The notes beneath the pieces are model-generated. The model was not told the origin of the DNA and ran no database searches. It was given only the letters and a program-made list of their open reading frames with translations. 64,000 nt of DNA from Ranitomeya imitator. Its lineage: Eukaryota. Where the stretch lies: NCBI RefSeq assembly GCF_032444005.1, contig NC_091289.1:16120001-16184000 (forward strand), given 5' to 3'. Positions 35,789 through 48,135 of this stretch are shown here, one piece after another (the stretch's first letter is position 1; each line of letters opens with the position of its first letter). The position numbers and the translations under genes are program-made.

Positions 35789-36069
35789 GGCTACGTTCAC
35801 ATTGGCGTTCCGCCAATGTGCGTCGCTGTTGCGCCGGCGACGCAGCGGCGACGCAGCGGCGACGCGCCCCTATGTTTAACATAGGGGACGCGTGCGTTTT
35901 TAGGGTGGCGTTTTTCGACACTTGCGTCGTTTCCGACGCTAGCGTCGGACGCAAGAAAATGCAACAAGTTGCATTTTCTGTGCGTCCGATTTTGGTCGCG
36001 CGCGTTTTTTCGTGCGTCGCGCGTTGCGTCGCCGACGCAGGGCGGCGCAACGCTAGTGTGAACGTAGCC
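35789..36069. mobile_element. PIF/Harbinger-type palindromic CpG-rich MITE
   Basis: ATA|GGCTACGTTCACATTGGCG ... CGCTAGTGTGAACGTAGCC|ATA. Confidence 0.75.
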
Positions 36070-36139
36070 ATACTGCTGCTATGGTGCAGGGTTTTTTGCC
36101 ACGCATTTTGAAAAAAACAGTTTTTTTCGCATCCATATG

Positions 36140-38340
36140 TTACTACAGACAAGTCCAGGCTGTTATGAGCCGTGTCTTCGTCACCAGTGAAATCTTCCTT
36201 GATTTGAAGACCTTGTCCAGTGACTCTTGTTTATTTGCCCATGGTTATTCGTCGCTGTATCATGATTGATCATCGATCCTTGTAGGTTGAAGCCCTTTAC
36301 AACTTCCAGTTGGTCGCCGTCCATCTCAAATGTGTCCCGATCATAATGGGCAGTAGGCAACATCTTTGTCTTCCTTATATTGAGAAACAGTTTCGTGCTC
36401 AAGCGTTCCATCTTGAGACTCCATAATAAGTCCTTCATTCCATCTACACTTGTTGCTACCAATGTTGTATCTTCTGCGATTGTTGAGGATTCATCCAGCA
36501 ATTTTGATTCCTTCTTTTTCGGCAAGTCCAGCCTTCCTGAAAATAGGTTCTGTATATAAATTGAAGAGAAATGGTGACCGGACACAGCCTTGTCTGACAT
36601 CTCCCTCTACTTTGCACCATGCCGCGTCACCGTTCTCCGTTCGGACTGTTGCTTCTTGGTCGATGTAAAGGTTCCTAATGAGGCTGATCAGATGGTTCAG
36701 CACACCCGTATCCTTCATGGTATTCCAAAGTTTCTGGTGATCAAAATAGTTGAAGGTTTTGCTGTAGTTGATGGAGCAAAAATAGATCTACTACTCTTTG
36801 TTGTATTCTTTGGCAATTTCCATTATTCATCTAATGTTAGAAATCACATCTCTTGTTCCTCTGCCTTTTCTGAATCCTGCTTGTTCCTCTGGCCACTCTC
36901 TGACAAAGTAAGGATGTAGCCATCTTTGTAGGATCTTCAGTAGTATTTTGCTGGCGTGAGGTATGAGCGCAATAGTCCGATAGTTTCCACCATCGGTAGC
37001 ATCTCCCTTCTTCAGAATGGAATAAACACGGACCTTGTCCAGTCCTTGGTCCATTTACCAGTTCTCCATATCGGTTGACACAGGCGGGTGTTGCTTCAGA
37101 AGACTTTATTAGCTTTACTGGAATATTGCCACATGTAAGCATTTTTGTTTTCTTTACAGAACCTTTATCTCTTCATCTTTCAAGATGTTCGGTGCGTTAT
37201 GATTTTCAGTCTCAGTCTCTTCCAGTATCACCGAGTCGTTCTTGTAGAGGTGCTTTGTGTACTCCTTCCATCTTTCCTTGATCTGTTCTGGCTCATTTAG
37301 TTTGTTCCCGGTGGCGTCTTTCAACATTCCCACTCTTGGTTGAAGGTTTCATCATATGTCTTTGATCTTTTGGTATGCTTTCCTGGTGTTGCCCTTCAGA
37401 TGTCCACTTTCTATCACTGTACATATTGTTTGGTAATAAAGGTCTTTGCTTGAATGGCTCTTCTTTAGTCTTTTACTGATGTTGCCTTTGTCCTGTTTGT
37501 TACTTTTTGCTTTCGTCAATTGTCTTTCTTTGATTATCTTTAGAGTCTCTTCTGTTAACAATGGCTCTGGAGAGGTCTCTTCTGCCTCTTTTTTAATGTG
37601 TTTCTGGCTTCTTCAGTAATAATAGTCTTTATATGTGTCCATAATCCATGTCCAGTGCTATAAATCGGTTGTGCAGACCGTTCCAAAAACCTTGAGGTAT
37701 GTTGGTCAAATCAAAGTTGGAAACAACCTGTTGTCTAGTATGTTCCTCCTGGCCTTGTACTTGCGGTAATGATTGATGACCTCCATTGTTGGCTAACACA
37801 TATGTAGCCAATCTGATATTTATAGGCCCCATTTGGTGATGTTCAATTGTCCATGTGTAGAGTCTCTGTTTGTAATTTTGTAAGAATATGTTCATTATAG
37901 ACAATTGATTTGTCATACAAAAGTCAATGAATCTTCCTCCAGCCTTGTTTCATTCAGAGTCAAAAGTTTCCATCGATTCCATATTTGCCACATCCCGCTT
38001 TGGCATTCAGGTCTCCCATAATAATGAGTAAGTCTTGTTTTGGCGTCTTGTTGATTTCTTCTTGAACTTGATTGTAGAATAGTTCAAGGTCCTCCTCCTC
38101 GGATTGTGTCCATCTTAGTTTGCTAATTCCGAGTAAGTTGAGTTCTGTTCTATCGATTTCGGATTGATGATGTTGAGTTTGCCTTGGTTCATTGTTCGTC
38201 CATCCAAGTTCCAAATTTTATATCTTTGCAGCTTTTGATCTTCCTTTTCGACCAAGTGAGATCAGCACCAAGACGTCTTGTGGCTTTGATCCTGGCCCAT
38301 CATGAGCATTGGTCATACTCAGGTCGACCATCGGCTCTTC
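36140..38340 (-). mobile_element. Decayed RTE-clade (BovB/RTE-1-like) LINE: AP endonuclease and reverse transcriptase fragments
   Basis: LIIMGDLNAK (endonuclease), NYRTIALIPHASKILLKILQ, EQAGFRKGRGTRD, LIRNLYIDQEATVRT and VRQGCVRSPFLFNLY, spread across several frames by frameshifts and stops. Confidence 0.9.
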
Positions 38341-38894
38341 CCCAGTGCTTAAATAATACCACCATACAGTGCTCAAATTAATGTTACGCAGTGTCCAAAT
38401 AAATCCACCATTTACCACTCAAATAACATCAACATACAGTGGCCAATAAACCCACCATTTAGTACTAAACATATGCAGCTATACAGTGTCTAAATAATAC
38501 AACCACACAGTGATCAAGTGTGAGCTGCATTCACACATATGTAATAGGCGCTATATAATATGAATATATATTACTGCGATACATGTAATATAAGTATTTG
38601 TGTTGGTTTCAAGCTTTAGAGTCAGGCCCCTGTACAGGTTGCACACCCCTAATGTTTTGCATTTAACCACCTAAACCACATTGTAGCGCACTGGTTTGTC
38701 CGGTCTTCTGCATTGATTTTCAGGCTTTGTTGTATATTTACATTCCTTTCTCCTTTAGCAAAGTAATGACCCAAGAGAAGCTAAAAACGTGAGACAATTA
38801 TACCAGATATAGTCATGTTTGTTATTAGTTGTGAATAGAGTGGATTCATAAAATTATGTCTATCTTTGAACTCCCTTCACAGTTTATAGTACTA

Positions 38895-40750
38895 ACCCTG
38901 AGTTACCTCCTGTATTATACCTCAGAGCTGCACTCACTATTCTGCTGGTGCAGTCACTGTGTACATACATTACATTACTGATCCTGAGTTACATCCTGTA
39001 TTATACCCCAGAGCTGCACTCACTATTCTGCTGGTGCAGTCACTGTGTACATACATTACATTACTGATCCTGAGTTACATCCTGTATTATACCCCAGAGC
39101 TGCACTCACTATTCTGCTGGTGCAGTCACTGTGTACATACATTACATTACTGATCCTGAGTTACATCCTGTATTATACTCCAGAGCTGCACTCACTATTC
39201 TGCTGGTGCGGTCACTGTGTACATACATTACATTACTGAACCGGAGTTACCTCTTGTATTATACTCCAGAGCTGCACTCACTATTCTGCTGGTGCAGTCA
39301 CTGTGTACATACATTACATTACTGATCCTGAGTTACATCCTGTATTATACCCCAGAGCTGCACTCACTATTCTGCTGGTGCAGTCACTGTGTACATACAT
39401 TACATTACTGATCCTGAGTTACATCCTCTTTTATACTCCACAGCTGCACTCACTACTCTGCTGGTGCAGTCACTGTGTACATACATTACATTACTGATCC
39501 TGAGTTACATCCTGTATTATACTCCAGAGCTGCACTCGCTATTCTTCTGGTGCAGTCACTGTGTACATACATTACATTAGTGATCCTGAGTTACATCCTG
39601 TATTATACCCCAGAGCTGCACTCACTATTCTGCTGGTGCAGTCACTGTGTACATACATTACATTACTGATCCTGAGTTACATCCTGTATTATACCCCAGA
39701 GCTGCACTCACTATTCTGCTGGTGCAGTCACTGTGTACATATATTACATTACTGATCCTGAGTTACATCCTGTATTATACTCCAGAGCTGCATTCACTAT
39801 TCTGCTGGTGCAGTCACTGTGTATATACATTACATTACTGATCCTGAGTTACATCCTGTATTATACCCCAGAGCTGCGCTCACTATTCTGCTGGTGCAGT
39901 CACTGTGTACATACATTACATTACTGATCCTGAGTTACATCCTGTATTATACCCCAGAGCTGCACTCACTATTCTGCTGGTGCAGTCACTGTGTACATAC
40001 ATTACATTACTGATACTGAGTTACATCCTGTATTATACCCCAGAGCTGCGCTCACTATTCTGCTGGTGCAGTCACTGTGTACATACATTACATTACTGAT
40101 CCTGAGTTACATCCTGTATTATACCCCAGAGCTGCACTCACTATTCTGCTGGTGCAGTCACTGTGTACATACATTACATTACTGATCCTGAGTTACATCC
40201 TGTATTATACTCCAGAGCTGCACTCACTATTCTGCTGGTGCCGTCACTGTGTACATACATTACTGATCCTGAGTTACATCCTGTATTATACCCCAGAGCT
40301 GCGCTCACTATTCTGCTGGTGCAGTCACTGTGTATATACATTACATTACTGATCCTGAGTTACATCCTGTATTATACTCCAGAGCTGCGCTCACTATTCT
40401 GCTGGTGCAGTCACTGTGTACATACATTACATTACTGATCCTGAGTTACATCCTGTATTATACTCCACAGCTGCGCTCAGTATTCTGCTGGTGCAGTCAC
40501 TGTGTACATACATTACATTACTGATCCTGAGTTACATCCTGTATTATACCCCAGAGCTGCACTCACTATTCTGCTGGTGCAGTCACTGTGTACATACATT
40601 ACATTACTGATCCTGAGTTACATCCTGTATTATACCCCAGAGCTGCACTCACTATTCTGCTGGTGCAGTCACTGTGTACATACATTACATTACTGATCCT
40701 GAGTTACATCTTGTATTATACTCCACAGCTGCGCTCAGTATTCTGCTGGT
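38895..40750. repeat. 86-bp tandem repeat, about 21 copies
   Basis: Unit ATCCTGAGTTACATCCTGTATTATACCCCAGAGCTGCACTCACTATTCTGCTGGTGCAGTCACTGTGTACATACATTACATTACTG; track ORF starts are spaced exactly 86 nt apart. Confidence 0.97.
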
Positions 40751-41087
40751 GCACTTCTGGTATTCTGTTCACCAGAAAGGAAAATCTCGGTGAGAATGTT
40801 AAAGGTCAGTACCAGACTAGAGTGTGGGTGGCTTAAAATATATAGAAGTGGAATATTGGCATTGTACCAAATAGTTAACTGGGTCAATCAGTAATAAGGG
40901 GGAAATATTTTCTCACTGACCTACTTTTATTTGTTTTTCTTTGAGGTTTATAACTGAATCACTGATTTCCCTCTTGAGGAGCGACTCTACAAGGGACCCC
41001 GCTTGCCCCCTGTTGGGACTGTCACTGCCTCCTCTCCAAGAAATCAAAGATCAGTAAGGAAAGTGAGATCATTTCCAATGGTTGGAA

Positions 41088-41279
41088 GGCTGCGGTCACA
41101 CTATCAGTATTTGGTCAGTATTTTACATCAGTATTTGTAGCCAAAACCAGGAGTGGGTGATAAATGCAGAAGTGATGCAGATGTTTCTATTACACTTTTC
41201 CTCTATTTGTTCCACTCCTGGTTTTGGCTACAAATACTGATGTAAAATACTGACCAAATACTGCTAGTGTGACGGCAGC
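41088..41279. mobile_element. PIF/Harbinger-type MITE, inverted near-identical copy of 27892-28084
   Basis: GGCTGCGGTCACACTATCAG ... GCTAGTGTGACGGCAGC. Confidence 0.75.
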
Positions 41280-41415
41280 AGAAGTCTGACATCAGGAGTG
41301 AGTGACGTAGATGACGGCGTCATAAGAGATGAGCTGCAGAGAATAATGACTGACAGCCGCACGGAGTCATGAAGGATAAGTCGCGTCTAATCAACATGGT
41401 GGGTTTCTATGAGTA

Positions 41416-41490
41416 GGTGAGTGCAAATCTGGATGTTGGTAATACGGCCGATGTGATTTATCTGGACTTTGCAAAGGCATTTGATACTGT
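41416..41490 (+). mobile_element. Short CR1 reverse-transcriptase fragment (SANLDVGNTADVIYLDFAKAFDTV) fused directly to the 31-bp array
   Basis: The translation matches the YLDFSKAFD motif of the CR1 copy at 23584. Confidence 0.8.
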
Positions 41491-43899
41491 ACTGGGAGCA
41501 GTGGGGACCACAGAGATCTGTGCTGGGAGAAGTGGGGACCGTAGGGATCTGTACTGGGAGCAGTGGGGACCACAGAGATCTGTGCTGGGAGAAGTGGGGA
41601 CCACAGAGATCTGTGCTGGGAGAAGTGGGGACCACAGAGATCTGTGCTGGGAGAAGTGGGGGCCACAAGTATCTGTAATGGGAGCAGTGGGGACCGTAGG
41701 GATCTGTACTGAGAGCAGTGGGTGGGGACCACAAGGATCTGTACTGGGAGCAGTGGGGATCACAAGGATCTGTACTGGGAGCAGTGGGGACCACAATGAT
41801 CTGTGCTGGGAGCAGTGGGGACCATAAGGATCTGTATTGGGAGCAGTGGGGACCACACAAATCTGTATTGGGAGCAGTGGGGACCACAAGGATCTGTACT
41901 GGGAACAGTGGGGACCACATGGATCTGTGCTGGAAGCAGTGGGGACCACAGGGATCTGTGCTGGGAGCAGTAGGGACCACAAGGATCTGTACTGGAAGCA
42001 GTGGGGACCACAAGGATCTGTACTGGAAGCAGTGGGGACCACAGGGATCTGTGCTGGGAGCAGTGGGGACCACAGGGATCTGTACTGGGAGCAGTGGGGA
42101 CCGCAGGGATCTGTACTGGGAGCAGTGGGGTCCGCCGGGATCTGTACTAGAAGCAATGGGGACCACAGGGATCTGTGCTGGGAGCAGTGGGGACCACAGG
42201 GATCTGTACTGGGAGCAGTGGGGACCGCAGGGATCTGTACTGGGAGAAGTGGGGTCCGCCGGGATCTGTACTGGGAGCAGTGGGGTCCGCCGGGATCTGT
42301 ACTAGAAGCAATGGGGACCACAGGGATCTGTGCTGGGAGCAGTGGGGACCACAGGGATCTGTACTGGGAGCAGTGGGGACCACAGGGATCTGTACTGGGA
42401 GCAGTGGGGACCGCAGGGATCTGTACTGGGAGCAGTGGGGTCCGCCGGGATCTGTACTAGAAGCAATGGGGACCACAGGGATCTGTGCTGGGAGCAGTGG
42501 GGACCACAGGGATCTGTACTGGGAGCAGTGGGGACCGCAGGGATCTGTACTGGGAGCAGTGGGGACCGCAGGGATCTGTACTGGGAGCAGTGGGGTCCGC
42601 CGGGATCTGTACTAAAAGCAATGGGGACCACAGGGATCTGTGCTGGGAGCAGTGGGGACCACAGGGATCTGTACTGGGAGCAGTGGGGACCGCAGGGATC
42701 TGTACTGGGAGCAGTGGGGACCGCAGGGATCTGTACTGGGAGCAGTGGGGACCACAGGGATCTGTGCTGGGAGCAGTGGGGACCATAAGGATCTGTACGG
42801 GGAGCAGTGAGGACCACACGGATCTATACTGGGAGCAGTGTGGACCACAAGGATCTGTACTGGGAGCAGTGGGGACCACAGGGATTTGTGTTGGGAGATG
42901 TGGGGACCACAAGGATCTGTACTGTGAGCAGTAGGGACCACAAGGATCTGTACTGGGAGCAGTGGGGACCACAAGGATCAGTACTGTGAGCAGTGGGGAC
43001 CACAGGGATCTGTGCTGGGAGCAGTGGGGACCACAGGGATCTGTACTGGGAGCAGTGGGGACCACAGGGATCTGTACTGGGAACAGTGTGGACCACAAGG
43101 ATCTGTACTGGGAGCAGTGGGGACCACAGGGATCTGTGCTGGGAGATGTGGGGACCACAGGGATCTGTACTGGGAGCAGTGGGGACCGCAGGGATGTGTA
43201 CTGGGAGCAGTGGGGACCGCAGGGATCTGTACTGGGAGCAGTGGGGTCCGCCGGGATCTGTACTGGGAGCAGTGGGGACCACAGGGATCTGTGCTGGGAG
43301 ATGTGGGGACCGCTGGTATCTGTACTGGGAGCAGTGGGGACCATAAGGATCTGTACGGGGAGCAATGAGGACCACACGGATCTATACTGGGAGCAGTGGG
43401 GACCACAGGGATCTGTATTGGCAGCAGTGGGGACCACAAGGATCTGTACTGGGAGCAGTGGGGTCCGCCGGGATCTGTACTGGGAGCAGTGGGGACCACA
43501 GGGATCTGTGCTGGGAGATGTGGGGACCGCTGGTATCTGTACTGGGAGCAGTGGGGACCATAAGGATCTGTACGGGGAGCAGTGAGGACCACACGGATCT
43601 ATACTGGGAGCAGTGGGGACCACAGGGATCTGTATTGGCAGCAGTGGGGACCACAAGGATCTGTAATGGGAGCAGTGGGGTCCGCCGGGATCTGTACTGG
43701 GAGCAGTGGGGACCACAGGGACCTGTGCTGGGAGCAGTGGGGACCGCAGGGATCTGTACTGGGAGCAGTGGGGACCGCAGGGATCTGTAATGGGAGCAGT
43801 GGGGTCCGCCGGGATCTGTAATGGGAGCAGTGGGGTCCGCCGGGATCTGTACTGGGAGCAGTGGGGACTATAAGGATTTGTACTAGGAGCAGTGGGGAC
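41488..43899 (+). repeat. 31-bp minisatellite (about 78 copies) derived from the CR1 RT motif [10 protein letters not shown]
   Basis: Unit AGCAGTGGGGACCACAGGGATCTGTACTGGG; higher-order periods of 155 bp and 217 bp are visible. Confidence 0.97.
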
Positions 43900-45608
43900 A
43901 GCAAATAAAATTTAGATGAGGGACACGTTACTTCCCTTCAATCTCGGGAGATCTCCAGTGGTCGGACCCCCAGTACATTCTGTACATTGGTCCCGGATCT
44001 TGTGCAATGACGGGTTTTGGACTCTACAAGGAAGTGTCCATTCGTGGGGTTTTCAGGACCAGCAGAGCAGCTCTGTGCAGACATGTCAGAGTTTCCTTTG
44101 GGGAACAATGTGCAGCATTACGTTCACTGTCTTATCTATATGTCAGTGGTTTCTGTTATTTTACTCTTTGTTTGTCTTTGTAACCGGTTAAAATGGCTTC
44201 TTTATCCGCGTGCTGGCGTGACATATCAGACATCATTTTTTTAACTATATCACAGTGTCCGTCATTTTCTATTATATTCTCCTGCCTAATAGAGCCTCTG
44301 ATGCAGATGACAACGCACAAGGATCCTATGAAAAGCTCTGTCATTTATTTACATAGCCTGGAGCCACCTACTTCAAGTGGGGGAAGGAGATCAATTCTGT
44401 GCAGAAGGAATTGGTCCCCTTCCCCCTCTGGTAGCTGACAATATAGTCTCTTCTTTGTGCTTAACCGCAGCACAAAGGGAATCCATGGAGACAAAAAATG
44501 ATGGTGTTTTTTTTAAGACAAGAAACTGCAATTTTTTATACTTTTGTCATATATGGATTTATGGAACAAGCTCTTGAATCGAGGTAATTATGGCTCATAT
44601 GGAGGCTGAGAAGCATAAAGACACCCGGATGAGGCATCCTATTATGTGTAACGCACGGATTGGTTTCATTACCTGGGTGTCATAGCTGCAACGAAGAAGG
44701 AAAAGTTTTGTGTGGCAGTAATCCATGAGCTGGGTGAGTCAGTGATGCACTCGGAAGCTCAGGTCCTGACATACGTTTGCACAATTTTCGATCCACGTTT
44801 GACTTTTTTTGTCTAAAATAAAGGTTAAGTGCTAAAGTAAAGATCATTTTTTTTTACATTGCGCAAAATCAGTCAGCTCCAACTTTTTGCAAAGGGAAGA
44901 GGGAGCGCGCAGAGAAATTGATCATAATTTACTCCACAAAAGTGGGGGAAGTTACGACAAAAATGTAATGCTTCATCTCTCCTGCGGGGGCGCTGCACGC
45001 CCTGTGTACAACGTATCTTCACTGCAATGGGCCCCATTTCTCCCCTGGTATTTCTGTAGCACCTGCAGCTACGCACGGGGGCACAAGTAAGGGACCAGCA
45101 CATTTCTGACATAAGGTGTGACTCCCCAGATATGTGGTCACTCTCGTTCTAGCTCCTACGGCTCATTTCTAGCATATCACTTAAAAAAAACAAAGCCGAA
45201 AATAATAGTTTGTAGATTACAGGGTTTGCATGTTCTAAAATACTTTATTAGGGGGTCTATGCAGAGAGGGGGTCATCCCCAGATAATGTCTCTTTATCTG
45301 GAGGACTCTGCACGTCCGGGTAGTGTACGGTCCGCCCGTAGATTTTGTGTAATACTTCCTCCCTCCTGCGGGGGTGCTGCAGAAGAGATGAACACTTAGC
45401 GCTCAATTCATTATTTCACTTTTTTTTTTCTTTTTATTTATCTTGTGCTATTTGTTAAAGTTCTTCAAAACAGTTGACGTGTGAATTTTGTGTAGAATCA
45501 AAAATGCTTTTTTTGTTTAAACTTTTTGTGCAGTTTTTTAGTGTAAAAAAAATCATATCTTCTACTAAAAAGTTGGAAAATTTGTGCCTGCAGAACACAA
45601 TAGCGCAC

Positions 45609-45755
45609 AAATTAAAAAGGCAGGAAAGAAATATCTGCTGCGCTCGCAGGCAACATGTTTCAGACCTGCATTATCCTTTGTCAAGCCCGACCATGCAGGT
45701 CCGAAACATGTTGCCTGCGAGCGCAGCGGATATTTCTTTTCTGCCTTTTTAATTT
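45609..45755. repeat. Inverted repeat with 63-bp arms and a 21-nt loop
   Basis: 45609-45671 versus 45693-45755, 3 mismatches. Confidence 0.85.
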
Positions 45756-46099
45756 TTTACGTTGTTATGTTCAACCATTTTTTGTGACTTTTATATTATT
45801 GGATCAATAAAGCAATTATTTTAAGAAGATATTGAAGAACTTGTGCAAATAAGAAAAGGGACTTAAAACAACGCAAATGATGAATCCGGCCCGGATTGCT
45901 TGGCGTCGTGAAAGCAATGTCGACCTGTTATTATCTGTGAGAACCTGGTGGATAAACTTGTCCTCAACCTTTGTTGCTGCGCACAACCCGACCCAACCAG
46001 TTATAGCCACCCCACTGGTTCCACCGAGGCACGAGGGAAGGCTACTGGACTGGAAACACAAGGCAGCGCCCTCTAGTGCTCAATTTACTGCACTCAGGA

Positions 46100-46274
46100 A
46101 GCTGGTATAACCTGGGACTCCATTGTATGTAATTCTATATTTACAGCTGGTATAACCTGGGAATCCATTGTATGTAATTCTATATTTACAGCTGGTATAA
46201 CCTCGGAATCCATTGTATGTAATTCTATATTTACAGCTGGTATAACCTGGGCATCTCCTGTATATAACTATGTA
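46100..46274. repeat. 45-bp tandem repeat, split by the Tc1 insertion and resuming at 47897-47939
   Basis: Unit TACAGCTGGTATAACCTGGGAATCCATTGTATGTAATTCTATATT. Confidence 0.85.
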
Positions 46275-47896
46275 CAAAACAGACCAAAAGTTTGGACACA
46301 CCTTCTCATTTCAAGATTTTTCTGTATTTTCATGACTATGAAAATTGTACATTCACACTGAAGGCATCAAAACTATGAATTAACACATGTGGAATTATAT
46401 ACTTAACAAAAAAGTGTGAAACAACTGAAATTATGTCTTATATTCTAGGTTCTTAAAAGTAGCCACCTTTTGCTTTGATGACTGCTTTGCACACTCTTGG
46501 CATTCTCTTGATGAGCTTCAAGAGGTAGTCACCGGGAATGGTCTTCCAACAATCTTGAAGGAGTTCCCAGAGATGCTTAGCGCTTGTTGGCCCTTTTGCC
46601 TTCACTCTGCAGTCCAGCTCACCCCAAACCATCTCGATTAGGTTCAGGTCTGGTGACTGTGGGGGCCAGGTCATCTGGCGTAGCACCCCCATCACTCTCC
46701 TTCTTGGTCAAATAGCCCTTACACAGCCTGGAGGTGTGTTTGGGGTCATTGTCCTGTTGAAAAATAAATGATGGTCCAACTAAAAGCAAACCGGACGGAA
46801 TAGCAAACCGCTGCAAAATGCTGTGATAGCCATGCTGGTTCAGTATGCCTTCAATTTTGAATAAATCCCCAACAGTGTCACCAGCAAAGCCCCCCCACAC
46901 CATTACACCTCCTCCTCCATGCTTCACGGTGGGAACCAGGCATGTAGAGTCCATCCGTTCACCTTTTCTGCGTCGCACAAAGACACGGTGGTTGTAACCA
47001 AAGATCTCAAATTTGGACTCGTCAGACCAAAGCACATATTTCCACTGGTGTAATGCCCATTCCTTGTGTTCTTTAGCCCAAACAAGTCTCTTCTGCTTGT
47101 TGCCTGTCCTTAGCAGTGGTTTCCTAGCAGATATTTTACCATGAAGGCCTGCTGCACAAAGGCTCCTCTTAACAGTTGTTGTAGAGATGTGTCTGCTGCT
47201 AGAACCCTGTGTGGCATTGACCTGGTCTCTAATCTGAGCTGCTGTTAACCTGCGATTTCTGAGGCTGGTGACTCGGATAAACTTATCCTCAGAAGCAGAG
47301 GTGACTCTTGGTCTTCCTTTCCTGGGGCGGTCCTCAGTTTCTTTGTAGCGCTTGATGGTTTTTGCCACTGCACTTGGGGACACTTTCAAAGTTGTCCCAA
47401 TTTTTCGGACTGACTGACCTTAATTTCTTAAAGTAATGATGGCCACTCATTTTTCTTTACTTAGAATTTATATTAGGGCGAGAAAAAAGCAGCTAACAGT
47501 CTATTCAGTAGGACTATCAGCTGTGTATCCACCAGACTTCTGCACAACACAACTGATGGTCCCAACCCCATTTATAAGGCAAGAAATCCAACTTATTAAA
47601 CCTGACAGGGCACACCTGTGAGGTGAAAACCATTCCCGGTGACTACCTCTTGAAGCTCATCAAGAGAATGCCAAGAGTGTGCAAGGCAGTCATCAAAGAA
47701 AAAGGTGGCTACTTTAAAGACCCTAGAATATAAGACATAATTTCAGTTGTTTCACACTTTTTTGTTAAGTATATAATTCCACATGTGTTAATTCATAGTT
47801 TTGATGCCTTCAGTGTGAATGTACAATTTTCATAGTCATGAAAATACAGAAAAATCTTTAAATGAGAAGCTGTGTCCAAACTTTTGGTCTGTACTG
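46275..47896 (-). mobile_element. Full-length Tc1/mariner element (1622 bp) with 272-bp TIRs and a pseudogenised transposase
   Basis: TA flanks; TIRs 46275-46546 and 47625-47896. Motifs GRPR, WSDESKF, FQQDNDPKH and PDLNLIE are present, with a frameshift near 46690 and two premature stops near the N-terminus. Confidence 0.95.
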
Positions 47897-47939
47897 TATG
47901 TACAGCTGGTATAACCTGGGAATCTCCTGTATATAATTA

Positions 47940-48135
47940 CAGTGGATACGGAAAGTTTTCAAACCCCTTTAAATTTTTCACGCTGTTTCATTGCAGCCAT
48001 TTGGTAAGTTAAAAAAAGTTCATTTTTTCCCTCATTAATTTACACTCTGCACCCCATCTTGACTGAAACCCCCCCAGAAATGTTGCCATTTTTGCAAATT
48101 TAATGAAAAAGAAAAACTGAACTATCACTTGGTCA
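47940..48135. mobile_element. Terminal fragment of a different Tc1-like element
   Basis: TA|CAGTGGATACGGAAAGTTTTCAAACCCC..., a typical Tc1 CAGT terminus; no partner end seen. Confidence 0.55.

Noticed and set aside
38959-40836. About twenty near-identical 64-aa ORFs, superficially like a gene array or CRISPR array
   Set aside because: Contiguous 86-bp tandem units with no unique spacers; eukaryotic context.
41387-43904. Long mucin- or collagen-like ORFs on both strands (up to 419 aa)
   Set aside because: Products of the 31-bp array cycling through frames; the meaningful signal is its CR1 origin.
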